DNA of 64,000 nucleotides from Hormiphora californensis. Its lineage: Eukaryota; Animalia; Ctenophora. The position numbers and the translations under genes were made by a program. Shown piece after piece: positions 52,649 through 64,000 of this stretch; position 1 is the first letter of the stretch; each line of letters starts with the position of its first letter. The DNA is taken from contig CM035355.1 in assembly GCA_020137815.1 (NCBI GenBank), positions 1,054,001 through 1,118,000 on the forward strand, in the 5' to 3' direction. The notes beneath the pieces were generated by a model. The model ran no database searches. It was given only the letters and a program-made list of their open reading frames with translations, and was not told where the DNA came from.

Positions 52649-54248
52649 ATGCGATTCTTCCTACTAACAACAACGCTTATTGGATTAACTACCTCTGTTG
52701 GTATGTTTTATTCTCGCAAACTAATATTTGACTAAAATACTAGCAGGGGACAAGAGCGTATTTTCCTTTAGCATATCTTATTATATTAGAGTGTCCTTCT
52801 GCGTGCAGAAGGTTATACATACTATATAATAGCCCCCTACTTTCAGTTCAGGAAATTGAGCTGCCGCAACCTCGGAGTACTGGCAACTATGTGGAGGTAC
52901 AATTCCAGGCTTCCAGTGCTACAAGTGAAGTGACTATATCATTGTGGATTAGACCAAATCTACCAAGCGGTTATCACAAGGCCACCATACTTTCTTACGC
53001 GAATAATCAAGACAACAATGCTCTCTCGTTTTGGACAAGCGAAAATGAGGGAGTTTTCTTCATCTCTCTGCTTGGTAGGACGGAATGTAAGTCACACTAG
53101 TATAGCTAGACCAGGGAACTATACAGTGGAGCTATATAACCCGGTAGCGTAGTTCACTAGTTCGCTACACTATGAGGAGTAAGGTTAATTTCTGGGTTCG
53201 CCGATCGAGAGCCACCCTTGATTAATTTTTTTCAAAATAACCATTGTTGTGTGTATTCAAGAGTCCCAATAACACGCTAGAAAATCCCCTGATTTGCAGG
53301 TCCGAGTTGTGTGGTTGAAAATGATGTTTGGACTCAGCTAGCTGCAATAGTGAATACCACAGGCGTATACATCTTTACCGATGGTGTATTTAGAGTTCAT
53401 TCAGATGTACAAAATGATGATACACTTCCAATTAAGATGAATGGCGTTATCATCATAGGCCAGGTATATATATGTAGCTGGTAAATGCTTCACATTTCAT
53501 TGGACGCTTTCTCCCCTAATGTGTATGTGAGTATTTGCCTGCTACCATGCTGTTTTTAACATGCGAGGATAGAGAGCAGCTTGCTCACTGAGTATTGCTC
53601 AGCGGGGCACGCAAAAGACGGTCTAGCTAGGCAACAAGTAATATGTTCTTGTAGTTTACTACATGCACATAACCACACGTTATACTTTCAGGATCAAGAT
53701 ACCATAGGTGGTGGATTTGGTACACACCAAGCATATACCGGTACCGTTTCTAATGTTTTGCTGTTTACGGAGTCTCTCAATGAGGAAAAGATAGAAAGAT
53801 TCTCCAAAACTAGGTCATTAACCGAGCCAGGGAACATTTTGAAAGAATTCTTTGGACATGGAAAAGCAGCTGTTATCATCAAATCAGGTATAACACCCGG
53901 CACAGGACTAATGAAAAGTGACAGACCGGTGTTCCAGCACCAAGATACTCATTGTAAACACATTTTTGCATTGGGCCCTTCTCCAACCCCTCATATAACA
54001 CATCATTATATCAGTGCATTTCATGAAAACGAAACTTTTCAACTCAGATATGAAATTTATTGCCTTGATAATTTAGGGGTGGAAAGCGTGTGTGTTTTCT
54101 AGGTTCCTATACCACTAATGACCACTTAGCTAGTCCAAGTGCTTCGTGCTCTCTCCACTCCAAGAAACCACCATGTTCACCCAGCTCAGCATCGAGAGCT
54201 CCTCGACCTGCTATTCACCAGATAATTAGCTTCATTGCCATCTGTTGA
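52649..54248 (+). CDS. Secreted pentraxin/LamG-domain protein, ~265 aa
   Basis: Exons 52649-52700 (signal-peptide-like MRFFLLTTTLIGLTTSV), 52847-53086, 53300-53463, 53692-53887 and tentative last exon 54103-54248. Motifs VTISLWIR, TILSYA, and IIIGQ|DQDTIGGGFGTHQAYTGTVSNVLLF (pentraxin GQEQD..GGGF...Q...G). Confidence 0.8.
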
Positions 54249-54565
54249 CTATCAATAACCTTGTCTACTAAACTTCAAATCATTTCAAAATAAAAACATA
54301 CAAAATTTGATAACACAATGATGAAACATGTAAACTAACGGAAACTAACAATAAAATTAATATAATGGTTCAATAATTATGATTACTGGCTTAAAAAGAA
54401 TTACAGATCAAGACATGGTTACAAAATTTAAAAAAAGTATCAGTCCTAGTCAAAATAAAAGAGTTTTGTAGTTCTCAAAATGGGAACTGGCAACACAGAT
54501 CCATAAACTGTCATGGTGATGTGAAATTACTTTTCAGGTTGTCATGGTGACGTAATAAAGCAATA

Positions 54566-56003
54566 TCATGCACTACCGTTCTCAGACTGGACAGTTTGGG
54601 TGATCTTCATGTAGCACCTTCTACACATGGCTTTGTAGTCCTCTGGGCCTCCCACACATTCAACCTGGCCGTGTTATTTGTTAGGGTCCATCTGAATCTC
54701 AGTAAAGAGATGGGTTGATAGTGGTCCAATGATTGGTTTAAAGTGGTTTAAAGTGGTTTGAAGTGGTTGGAACATTACCTCTCTGTTATTAACATTGATC
54801 CGATAACTAAACGACGCATCATCCTTGTAGCATGACATACAGATGGATTTAAGGGTCGTCACCTCCTCACATATTGGCACTAACCGCGTCACCTCCCCCA
54901 TGGCTCTCCTCTCAAAGTCTCCTGATAATGCTGCCACCACCACAACGATACCCAAGTTGGCAGCCAAGTCACAGAACTCAACCAACCCTGCAAACTGGGA
55001 CAGAGTTGTTTCAGTACCCAGCGATGTAAGATGTTGCACAATTCCGTTACAAGGTGCATTATATTGTCTCATATAAGACCGTGCTCTTCACACCGGTCCG
55101 AAGGCCCGGTGTGAAGAGTACGTGCATCGAGGTTGCACGGTGTACAGTCAGTGTCTGACAAGCATTATAATATTGGCTGCGAAGCAGCCCCTCCGCAGGA
55201 TGAGGGTTTCGCGAAATCTTCGCGCACGAAGACAGGGGGCGCTACGTGCCCAAACTATAATATGTACTTACAAATTGTCCCTCATCAATTCCAATACAAT
55301 CGTAATCAGTAACCCTGATGTTCTCCAGGAGGTGCTTTAAGTCGTTGGTAGAAGTCCTGTCTATGTACTTGTTTGATACTATCGTTCTCTTGTCGTGAGT
55401 TATTACACTATCTTCATCATACCTGTTGTTATAGTGGAGTGCAGTGATTACAGGGAATTAGTCGACAGATATATTAGTAACGAAACGGGTCCAAAGATAG
55501 GATGTTTCACAATAATATAAGCTCAAAGGTGGCCATGGTTTACCTATCATCTTTGCTGTGTTTTATTAGGAGACATCGTGCCTGAGCAATACTGTATCTC
55601 TGTATCCTTCTTATCAGCTCTGTCCTGATTGGGGTATAATTGGAATCAGTTACACCCCCTTCATAGCATCCTCCCCGTATTGACTTCTTCATTGCTCCCC
55701 TCCAGCCAACAGGTAAAGGAAGGAGTTCTTTTGAAGCTGTATTATATAGGAACTAAAATAATAGTTGCTGCAGTATCCTTCTTTATTATTCCTAGCTTTA
55801 TAACGCTTAGTATGCTTCCGTGGGCAATTATTGCAGGTAGTACAGGTATCCTATATTTTGTCCTACATTGTACCCTACATTGTGTCCTACATTGTACCCT
55901 ACATTGTGTCCTACATTGTCTAGTCAGCATATTCTTACGTTTTCCCGGAGAACATGGGTCCAATGATGAGCTGGATCTGACCGGCGAAATTCAGCCTCGT
56001 CAT
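54566..56003 (-). CDS. TK1: Thymidine kinase, TK1 type, 5 exons, ~203 aa
   Basis: Exons 56003-55939, 55624-55544, 55422-55272, 54994-54779, 54664-54566. P-loop GPMFSGKTTELIRR, THD, IGIDEGQFF, zinc ligands CMSC and CRRC, and VGGPEDYKAM. Confidence 0.95.
55858..55920. repeat. Short minisatellite in TK1 intron 1
   Basis: Repeats of t(g/a)(t/c)cctacattg, 12-bp period. Confidence 0.7.
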
Positions 56004-56640
56004 GTGGTTGTGGGACATCAGGGCTGTTATAGGGTATAGGGATAATGAATAGATAATAAATCAATAAATTATAGATAACATAGTAGATAAAGAGTTGATA
56101 ATGAGTAAACTCAAGGTAACCCCTCGATGGCGGGCAAGTAATATTAGTAGTGTCTCAATAGTCTCAACAATTATCGGTAAAATACTTGTACATATCACAG
56201 CACGTGTCTGGTATGTTTATCATTTAATGCTCTGTGATCTATGTCATAATAATACCGAGTATGTCACGATATTATGTGTTCGATATGCGAATCATGAGAC
56301 TGATATAATATTCATTGAAACTGCTTCACTATTCCTTTAACAGTAAGTAACAGTAGTGAAACCAGTAAAGTTGCAGATTACAGGAGCATGGGTTCCACAT
56401 GTGTTGTATAACAGTTAGAGAGCGTAATCCTTACCTACTCTCTCACTACACTGACCGTTCTCTCTCTAGTTATCTAGACTGCCATCTTTCCCTGAGTTTG
56501 TTTGTTTACTTCCTGGCTTGGGTCGTACTTTATTTATATTAACCTGCTTAACAAGTAACATCACAACTTTGATCTCATCTCAAACCAGCGAATCTTCCGA
56601 TCTGTTTACCCTGCATCATATCTCTCTCTCCTTCTATTTT

Positions 56641-56677
<37 letters not shown>

Positions 56678-56839
56678 TTATATATTCTCTCACTCTATAT
56701 TGTTTCTTGCTTTGAAAGTTTGCTTTTCCAGTAGGCTCTCACATTACACGCTCACAACTTGTTAATACATTGGCCTTGCTTTACTGACAACAAATTGATC
56801 GTTTTAACAGTTTCTACAACTCCAATTCCTTCAGTCTCG

Positions 56840-57718
56840 ATGGGTTGTTGTGGCGGTGGTTCAAAGACACCAGTCAGAAAATGGTTTGATGGACTCCCTG
56901 CAACACTAACAAAAGACTACGAAGTTAGCGGAGACGGGAACTTTGTCGAATCAAACATGAAATTCTACTCAGTGATTGAGAAAAGCACCGGTAGTTTGTT
57001 TACAGCCGATTTTTACTACTTTGAGAATGAGGAAGAGCTCGAAATAGCAATGGCAGTAGACACGCTTTACCGGAAAATTGATCACCCAAACCTGCCCAAA
57101 CTGGCGATGGTATTACGGGGACAAAACGGAAAGTGTGTCATTTTCATTCGAACCAAATGCGAGGGAGGGGAGCTGTTTGATTTGATAATTAAAAAGCAGT
57201 CTCTTGATGAGCGGACTGCCGCCACGTACACAAGACAACTCCTTCTCGCCCTTCAACACATGCACCTACACCAGACCCTACACAGGAACATCAAACCTGA
57301 ATCCATTCTTCTCCGGGATAAAACCAACAAGACCGTGGTACTACATCCCTCATTCTTTGTCTCCACTCCAGAGGAATTTGAGGGGACAACCAAACCATGT
57401 GGCACCTTCATGTACGCATCACCAGAACTCCTCTCTAGAAAGGTCTATAGTACAGGGAATGATGTTTGGGCGGTGGGGGTTGTCGTGTATATCATGCTGT
57501 GTGGATATCCACCCTTTCAGGGGATGTCTGATAGGGAAACAATGAACATTATCATCAAACAAAAGTTGCAATTCACCAAACAATACTGGGAGCATGTCTC
57601 TGATTTTGCGATTGAGTTTTTGGAACAAATGTTAAGGAAAAATGTGTCCGGCAGGTTGACTGTCGAGGCTGCCTTAGAGCATCCGTGGATCAAAAAGTAT
57701 GCAAAATCAGAAAGTTAG
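56840..57718 (+). CDS. Intronless CaMK-family pseudokinase with MGCC N-terminus, 292 aa
   Basis: CaMK hallmarks GGELFDLI, CGTFMYASPE, DVWAVGVVVYIMLCGYPPF, WEHVS and RLTVEAALEHPW. Lacks GxGxxG, has no VAIK lysine (FTAD), has HRN instead of HRD, and has no DFG. Confidence 0.9.
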   Translation: MGCCGGGSKTPVRKWFDGLPATLTKDYEVSGDGNFVESNMKFYSVIEKSTGSLFTADFYYFENEEELEIAMAVDTLYRKIDHPNLPKLAMVLRGQNGKCVIFIRTKCEGGELFDLIIKKQSLDERTAATYTRQLLLALQHMHLHQTLHRNIKPESILLRDKTNKTVVLHPSFFVSTPEEFEGTTKPCGTFMYASPELLSRKVYSTGNDVWAVGVVVYIMLCGYPPFQGMSDRETMNIIIKQKLQFTKQYWEHVSDFAIEFLEQMLRKNVSGRLTVEAALEHPWIKKYAKSES

Positions 57719-57802
57719 AAAAAATGTTGATTTTAGGGTAAAGTGTTAATGTTTTGATTCGTTTTGTAACAGTATTAAAAGTGTGTTTGCAGCAGTATTA
57801 TA

Positions 57803-57934
57803 CTGTCCAAACCCGGGGGAGGGGAAAGGGTCGAGCCAGGTAACCCTATGTTTGAAGAAGTCATGTTGTATTATACAACATGAAGTCTTCAAACATAGGG
57901 TTGCCTGGCTCGACCCCTCCCCCGGGTTTGGACA
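57803..57934. repeat. Palindromic MITE-like hairpin just downstream of the pseudokinase stop
   Basis: tgtccaaacccggggga...catgttg tattata caacatg...cccgggtttggaca. Confidence 0.75.
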
Positions 57935-58130
57935 AAACAAACATCTAGGGCATGTTCAACACGCTACATGTTCCCTTACATGCCTGATGTTCAACGAACG
58001 AAAGTCACAAGACACAACTCCGGCTTGTTGAGTATTCAATATACAGTAGTGTAGGGCAGTGTCAAACCGTGATAATACTGCAAAATGTAAATTAGATTGT
58101 CTGGCAATGTCTCGAAACGACGCTGATAAG

Positions 58131-58184
58131 AGGGCTGACGAGACCTCTTTCTACAAACTGGGTTGAAAGGCTACACCGTCCCTT
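58131..58184 (+). ncRNA. Possible degenerate type I hammerhead ribozyme (second family)
   Basis: AGGG-CUGACGA-GACC..GGUU-GAAA-[C missing]-GG-cuaca-CC-GUC^CCUU. Confidence 0.4.
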
Positions 58185-59530
58185 AAACAGTGTATGTGCA
58201 ACCAAAGCACCGGAAGGGCGCATAGGGAGCTATGGCAGGGAGTTTGGGGGTGCAGGTTCCCAACCGGGATCAAGGGCGGGTGCCCCTTGTGGGGCCAAGG
58301 GGGCGAAGCACCCGGAACAAGAATTATTGCATTATGTATTCATAATGCTGAGTTTCCCTGCCCTACCGTTTCACATGTCAGTGATATTGTTGATAACGAA
58401 GTTACCCCTCCCTTGCCGGCGCGCAAAGCGCACCAAACGAAGGCCGCGATGCGGCCTGAGTTAGGGGTAACAAACCCGCTTTGATTCACTTCAAAAATTA
58501 ATAGCTCCTCAACCACTCAATGAAAATGCACCAAATTTTGGTATTCCCCACCAAATTGTCTGAAAATTATAATTCTGTACTCATATTTGAAAAATTATCC
58601 CCGGAACCTTGGTTTTGAAATCAGTTTTAGGTGTTAATGATGAAAAGATTTTTTGAAAAAGTAGGTCAGGTATGCTTAACATCATAACATAGATCGTGGC
58701 AAAGTTTGAAGTTTCTATCTTTAAAGGTCTGGCCATCAAAATTAAAAAGGTCTTGAAGTTGAACCATTTGTACAAAACATGTTGTAACTCAGCTTCTACT
58801 TTGCCAAATTAAACCTGGTTTGAAACACTGAACTGCTAATCTATCCCTCCGAATACGGACGAAGTTTGAAACCGCCAGCTCTATTGGCCGCTCTGCAATA
58901 CTTGTTTGTGTCAAAGAAATCAGGAAAGTAACGAGATTTGGTCTCGGTGTGGCCCTGTGCGCGGCTCAAACCCCTTAGGCTAGAACTATGTAGTGTAGAC
59001 TACAACTTTTCAGTGCTCAGTATGACGGTTTGGGCGCGTTATAAAAATATGGTAAGCGGGTCCGATACCTCTAAACAGAGTGTGAGGTGTCTTCGATACC
59101 AAGTGATATTGTCACTGCCAACAGGATCAAGGCTTGGTCATAATTTAATGTGAGATGCATACGATCTAGCTGTCAGTATACTTCTCACATAGCTTATCGA
59201 GTTAGCTAACTCCCAATCACATGACACTTGCTAACCAGCTTTTGACATTCCAACTTAACTACTTATCTAACATCTAGTCTCACACTCGACTCGGCAAGAT
59301 GAAAATGTGTACGTAACACGCGAAACGCGCGGCAGAGCATTTCATGTTTTGTTGAGTGGTGCACGCACACACGTCCATCAAACTGTGTCAATGAGGTGTT
59401 TGATGAAGGAGTAGCTCGTCACTGTGTGCGCGGCTCTAGTTGCTACACCGTTGCCCCTCGCAAAAAATGTCCCTCTACCGATTAGTTAGTATACCAAAAT
59501 GTCGTTTTCGAATTCTAACCCTGCTATGCC

Positions 59531-62500
59531 TTTTTACAAAGTAAAAAGGCTACGGTGGCAGATTCCGGCCAAGAGTTTTTTTCAATCAAGTGAAATATTT
59601 TTGTTTGAAGTTTTATAAAAATTTTATTTCAAAATAAAAATAAACATGTCGTTAAAATTATTGGCCGGAATCTGCCACGCGAGTGGCAGATCTCGGCCAA
59701 AATTCTAAAAAAACCTTGTAGTGGGAGACACTAGCGTGGTACGCGCAAAAAAATGCGCGCCACATACCTAAAATAACAGGTGTGTGGCGCGCATTTTTTT
59801 GCGCGTACCACGCTAGTGTCTCCCACTATTGTAAAGTCCATTTTTATTCAACTGTTCACCCTCCAACTCGTGCGCGTGCGATATTTTAATTTACGCTGCG
59901 CGCGCTACACGTTAACATGTGATAGACGCGCAAAACAATTCCGCGCACGACTTTGGGGGTGAACAGTTGAAAAAAAATGGACATTATTGGCCAGAATCTG
60001 CCAACCACGTGGCAGATTCCGGCCAACAAACTGAAGCTTACTTATATCAAAGCCAAAACCGCTGTATCCGACTAATTTTGATACGCTGAATCACGTAAGC
60101 AACTTTTCCAATCCCTCAGAGATCGGGAAAGTGTCCTAATTTAGCATTGACCCCACTTACAACTTTTCACCTGGAAACGATAGACGCATATGTGAAGGCA
60201 CTTTTCCGACTAATTTTGATACGCTGAATCACGTAAGCAACTTTTCCAAGCCCTCCGAGGTCGGCAATTTGGCCTAATTAATTATAATAAGGTCTAATTG
60301 GCCTTAATTGCTCAATTAGGGCATTTTCCCGATTTCGGGGGGCTTTGAAAAATAGCTAACGTGATTCAGCTTATCAAAATTAGTCGGATACAGCGGTTTT
60401 GGCTTTGATATAAAAAAGTTGATTCACTAAAATGGCTCTAACCGCCAAACCACTTAACCGTTTTGGCTGATTCAAAGTTTATCTGGTAGGGAATGTCAAG
60501 GCCTAACCCCATCCCAAACCCCAACCCTACTTTAGCCCTAACCCTAATAAACCGTTTGTCAGCACTCCCAAAACACCCAGATTTTAACGCTGGCGGCTGG
60601 CCGAATTTGTAATATGTAATGTAATATATTTATTTAATAAACCACTTTCCAGTGTAAATAATACGGTGTCCGTATTGATAGCCAACGCTATACGAACACA
60701 CACACACACACACACACACACACTTTCTTAAGTGGTTATTTCCGGGAATCATCATCATCATCAATTAACATTTAATATACCACTTTATAGCATACATTGG
60801 TTAGATAACACTAATAAAAGAAAAAACTTTACGGATATCTTCCTGCTTTCAAAAGCGGTTTTATGATCAATAAATTAGAGTCCAGAGCTAGTATAATGTT
60901 CAAGAGTCCCTTGGAATCTCAGGTCAAGTCGTTTGAAACGGAAAACGTTAAAAATTAAAATCTGGGTGCCTTTCATTGCTAACAATTCTTAGTTTGAAAC
61001 GGGCGCGATTATAATCTGGGTGCCTTGCAGCCTGTTTACAGGTGCACGCTACCAAAAGAGTATACTTAGACCGATTTTTTTCAAACGGCTATAGCCATGG
61101 AACCACATGGCCGATTTGAGTAAACTAAACGGTATCAGTTAGAGAATCGTTAGCCCTAACCGATAACCCCAAACCAAACCCTAACAGACTTTTTACAAAG
61201 TAAAAAGGCTACGGTGGCAGATTCCGGCCAAGAGTTTTTTTCAATCAAGTGAAATATTTTTGTTTGAAGTTTTATAAAAATTTTATTTCAAAATAAAAAT
61301 AAACATGTCGTTAAAATTATTGGCCGGAATCTGCCACGCGAGTGGCAGATCTCGGCCAAAATTCTAAAAAAACCTTGTAGTGGGAGACACTAGCGTGGTA
61401 CGCGCAAAAAAATGCGCGCCACATACCTAAAATAACAGGTGTGTGGCGCGCATTTTTTTGCGCGTACCACGCTAGTGTCTCCCACTATTGTAAAGTCCAT
61501 TTTTATTCAACTGTTCACCCTCCAACTCGTGCGCGTGCGATATTTTAATTTACGCTGCGCGCGCTACACGTTAACATGTGATAGACGCGCAAAACAATTC
61601 CGCGCACGACTTTGGGGGTGAACAGTTGAAAAAAAATGGACATTATTGGCCAGAATCTGCCAACCACGTGGCAGATTCCGGCCAACAAACTGAAGCTTAC
61701 TTATATCAAAGCCAAAACCGCTGTATCCGACTAATTTTGATACGCTGAATCACGTAAGCAACTTTTCCAATCCCTCAGAGATCGGGAAAGTGTCCTAATT
61801 TAGCATTGACCCCACTTACAACTTTTCACCTGGAAACGATAGACGCATATGTGAAGGCACTTTTCCGACTAATTTTGATACGCTGAATCACGTAAGCAAC
61901 TTTTCCAAGCCCTCCGAGGTCGGCAATTTGGCCTAATTAATTATAATAAGGTCTAATTGGCCTTAATTGCTCAATTAGGGCATTTTCCCGATTTCGGGGG
62001 GCTTTGAAAAATAGCTAACGTGATTCAGCTTATCAAAATTAGTCGGATACAGCGGTTTTGGCTTTGATATAAAAAAGTTGATTCACTAAAATGGCTCTAA
62101 CCGCCAAACCACTTAACCGTTTTGGCTGATTCAAAGTTTATCTGGTAGGGAATGTCAAGGCCTAACCCCATCCCAAACCCCAACCCTACTTTAGCCCTAA
62201 CCCTAATAAACCGTTTGTCAGCACTCCCAAAACACCCAGATTTTAACGCTGGCGGCTGGCCGAATTTGTAATATGTAATGTAATATATTTATTTAATAAA
62301 CCACTTTCCAGTGTAAATAATACGGTGTCCGTATTGATAGCCAACGCTATACGAACACACACACACACACACACACACACTTTCTTAAGTGGTTATTTCC
62401 AGGAATCATCATCATCATCAATTAACATTTAATATACCACTTTATAGCATACATTGGTTAGATAACACTAATAAAAGAAAAAACTTTACGGATATCTTCC

Positions 62501-62846
62501 TGCTTTCAAAAGCGGTTTTATGATCAATAAATTAGAGTCCAGAGCTAGTATAATGTTCAAGAGTCCCTTGGAATCTCAGGTCAAGTCGTTTGAAACGGAA
62601 AACGTTAAAAATTAAAATCTGGGTGCCTTTCATTGCTAACAATTCTTAGTTTGAAACGGGCGCGATTATAATCTGGGTGCCTTGCAGCCTGTTTACAGGT
62701 GCACGCTACCAAAAGAGTATACTTAGACCGATTTTTTTCAAACGGCTATAGCCATGGAACCACATGGCCGATTTGAGTAAACTAAACGGTATCAGTTAGA
62801 GAATCGTTAGCCCTAACCGATAACCCCAAACCAAACCCTAACAGAC
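59531..62846. repeat. Tandem duplication of a ~1.66-kb repeat-derived unit
   Basis: Unit 1 at 59531-61189 and unit 2 at 61190-62846, near-identical (differences seen: (CA)n length and one G/A substitution); contains internal inverted repeats and CCCTAA-like hexamers. Confidence 0.92.
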
Positions 62847-63883
62847 CCTAACGGATAGCCCTAACCCGTCGCGCGCGCCAAAACTACGAATTGTTAGCAA
62901 TGAAAGGCACCCAGATTTTAACGTTTTCCGTTTGAAACGCACTTTTATTTTTTTATTTACTTTAATTAAAATTATTATTAGGAGCCGCGCGATAGACGCG
63001 CAAAACAAACACGCGCATCGACAATCTGCAAAACCCCTGGGTATTTTCAAACTTCGTAAATGACCATAAATCCGGTTCCTGACTTGTTTTGTACAAACTC
63101 TTTTATTTTATTTTATAAAAACAAGTTGTTCGCGGGCGGGGCGCGCGAAAAAACAGTCTAACCTGGCAATTCCTGACGAGATAGACTTGAAATTTGGAGG
63201 TTACGAAGATCTTGCTAAGTTCTTCCGAACCTCCAAATTTCAAGTCTATCTTATCAGATATGGCAAATTTTGTTATTTCAGGGGGGTGACAGTTTCAAAA
63301 AAATCCGACTTTAGCTCTCTCCTTTCTTCTCTTCTCCAGTATTTTTAGGCTAGAACTAGAGAAAGAGAGATAGGGGCCCCGAGAATGACCAAGGGGGTAG
63401 GGGCTGTGATTTTGGAACAGGTTGTGAGTGTGACTTCAGCTTTTTTCGAGATGGTGGTTGTTGTTATGAAACCAGATGTTCTTCCCATTTTCCGCATAAT
63501 ATTGATGCTGTATCGGTAGAAAGATAGGGAGGCAGCTGTCTGGCGCCGCGACCCATCTAAGCGCACTGTCAAATTGGGGTCTGGCGCCGCCAGACAGGGA
63601 GGCAGAGAGGTTGGGAGTGTGATGGCTGAGAGAGGGATTGAAGTATAGAGACTGTTGTCTGGCACCGCCACACCCCGTTTCGATTCTCAGGCGACAGAGT
63701 GCTGAGAGTGAGATCGGGTGTTACAACTATTTCCCCCACTTAAACTTTTTTAACACTTTATCTTTCCATTTTCTTTCTTAACCACCAGCCCATCCCCACA
63801 TTCTATAACTTTCCAACCCTTATCTGTCATCTCTCAGTTCAAAACGACTGTTGAGAGAGAGAGAGTGAGTGATAGTGAGAGAA

Positions 63884-63954
<71 letters not shown>

Positions 63955-64000
63955 AGAGACAAGAGTTCATCCTCGTGCGAGGATTCGTATCACGTGATGC

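Noticed and set aside
53140-53220. tRNA or tRNA-derived SINE (GGTTCG-like box)
   Set aside because: No cloverleaf and only weak A/B boxes.
56759-56839. Upstream TTG start for the kinase-like ORF
   Set aside because: ATG 56840 follows a splice-acceptor-like site and yields the MGCC acylation motif.
59780-59962. Duplicated 60-aa ORF (also at 61439)
   Set aside because: GTG-started ORF inside palindromic repeat sequence.
63345-63700. 108-aa minus-strand ORF, or a Cys-rich plus-strand exon (CECDFSFFRDGGCC)
   Set aside because: No phase-compatible neighbouring exons or family match found within the window; overlaps short repeats.

Overview
Eukaryotic (animal) genomic DNA with short GT-AG introns, many (AG)n/(CT)n microsatellites and dense MITE/foldback transposons. 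The MITE families and gene style resemble a ctenophore such as Pleurobrachia; this is from recollection and is unverified. Exons were read by hand. Protein genes: 3' end of mitochondrial ribosomal protein L4 (+), CPSF4/CPSF30 (+, 8 exons), a SoxE-like HMG-box gene (-), an orphan class A GPCR (-, 9 exons), an NK-class homeobox gene (-, 6 exons), an uncharacterised multi-exon gene ending in a CxxC..CxxC motif (+), a secreted pentraxin-like protein (+), thymidine kinase TK1 (-) and an intronless acylation-motif CaMK-family pseudokinase (+). The most notable non-coding signal is a family of minimal type I hammerhead ribozymes. One sits in a ~467-nt terminally redundant retrozyme-like element that starts exactly at the cleavage site (24633-25136). 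An intact solo copy lies ~100 nt upstream of the GPCR start codon on the sense strand. The window also holds nested long foldback elements, a TTGTTG-ended element family with a 26-bp member, and a 1.66-kb tandem duplication.
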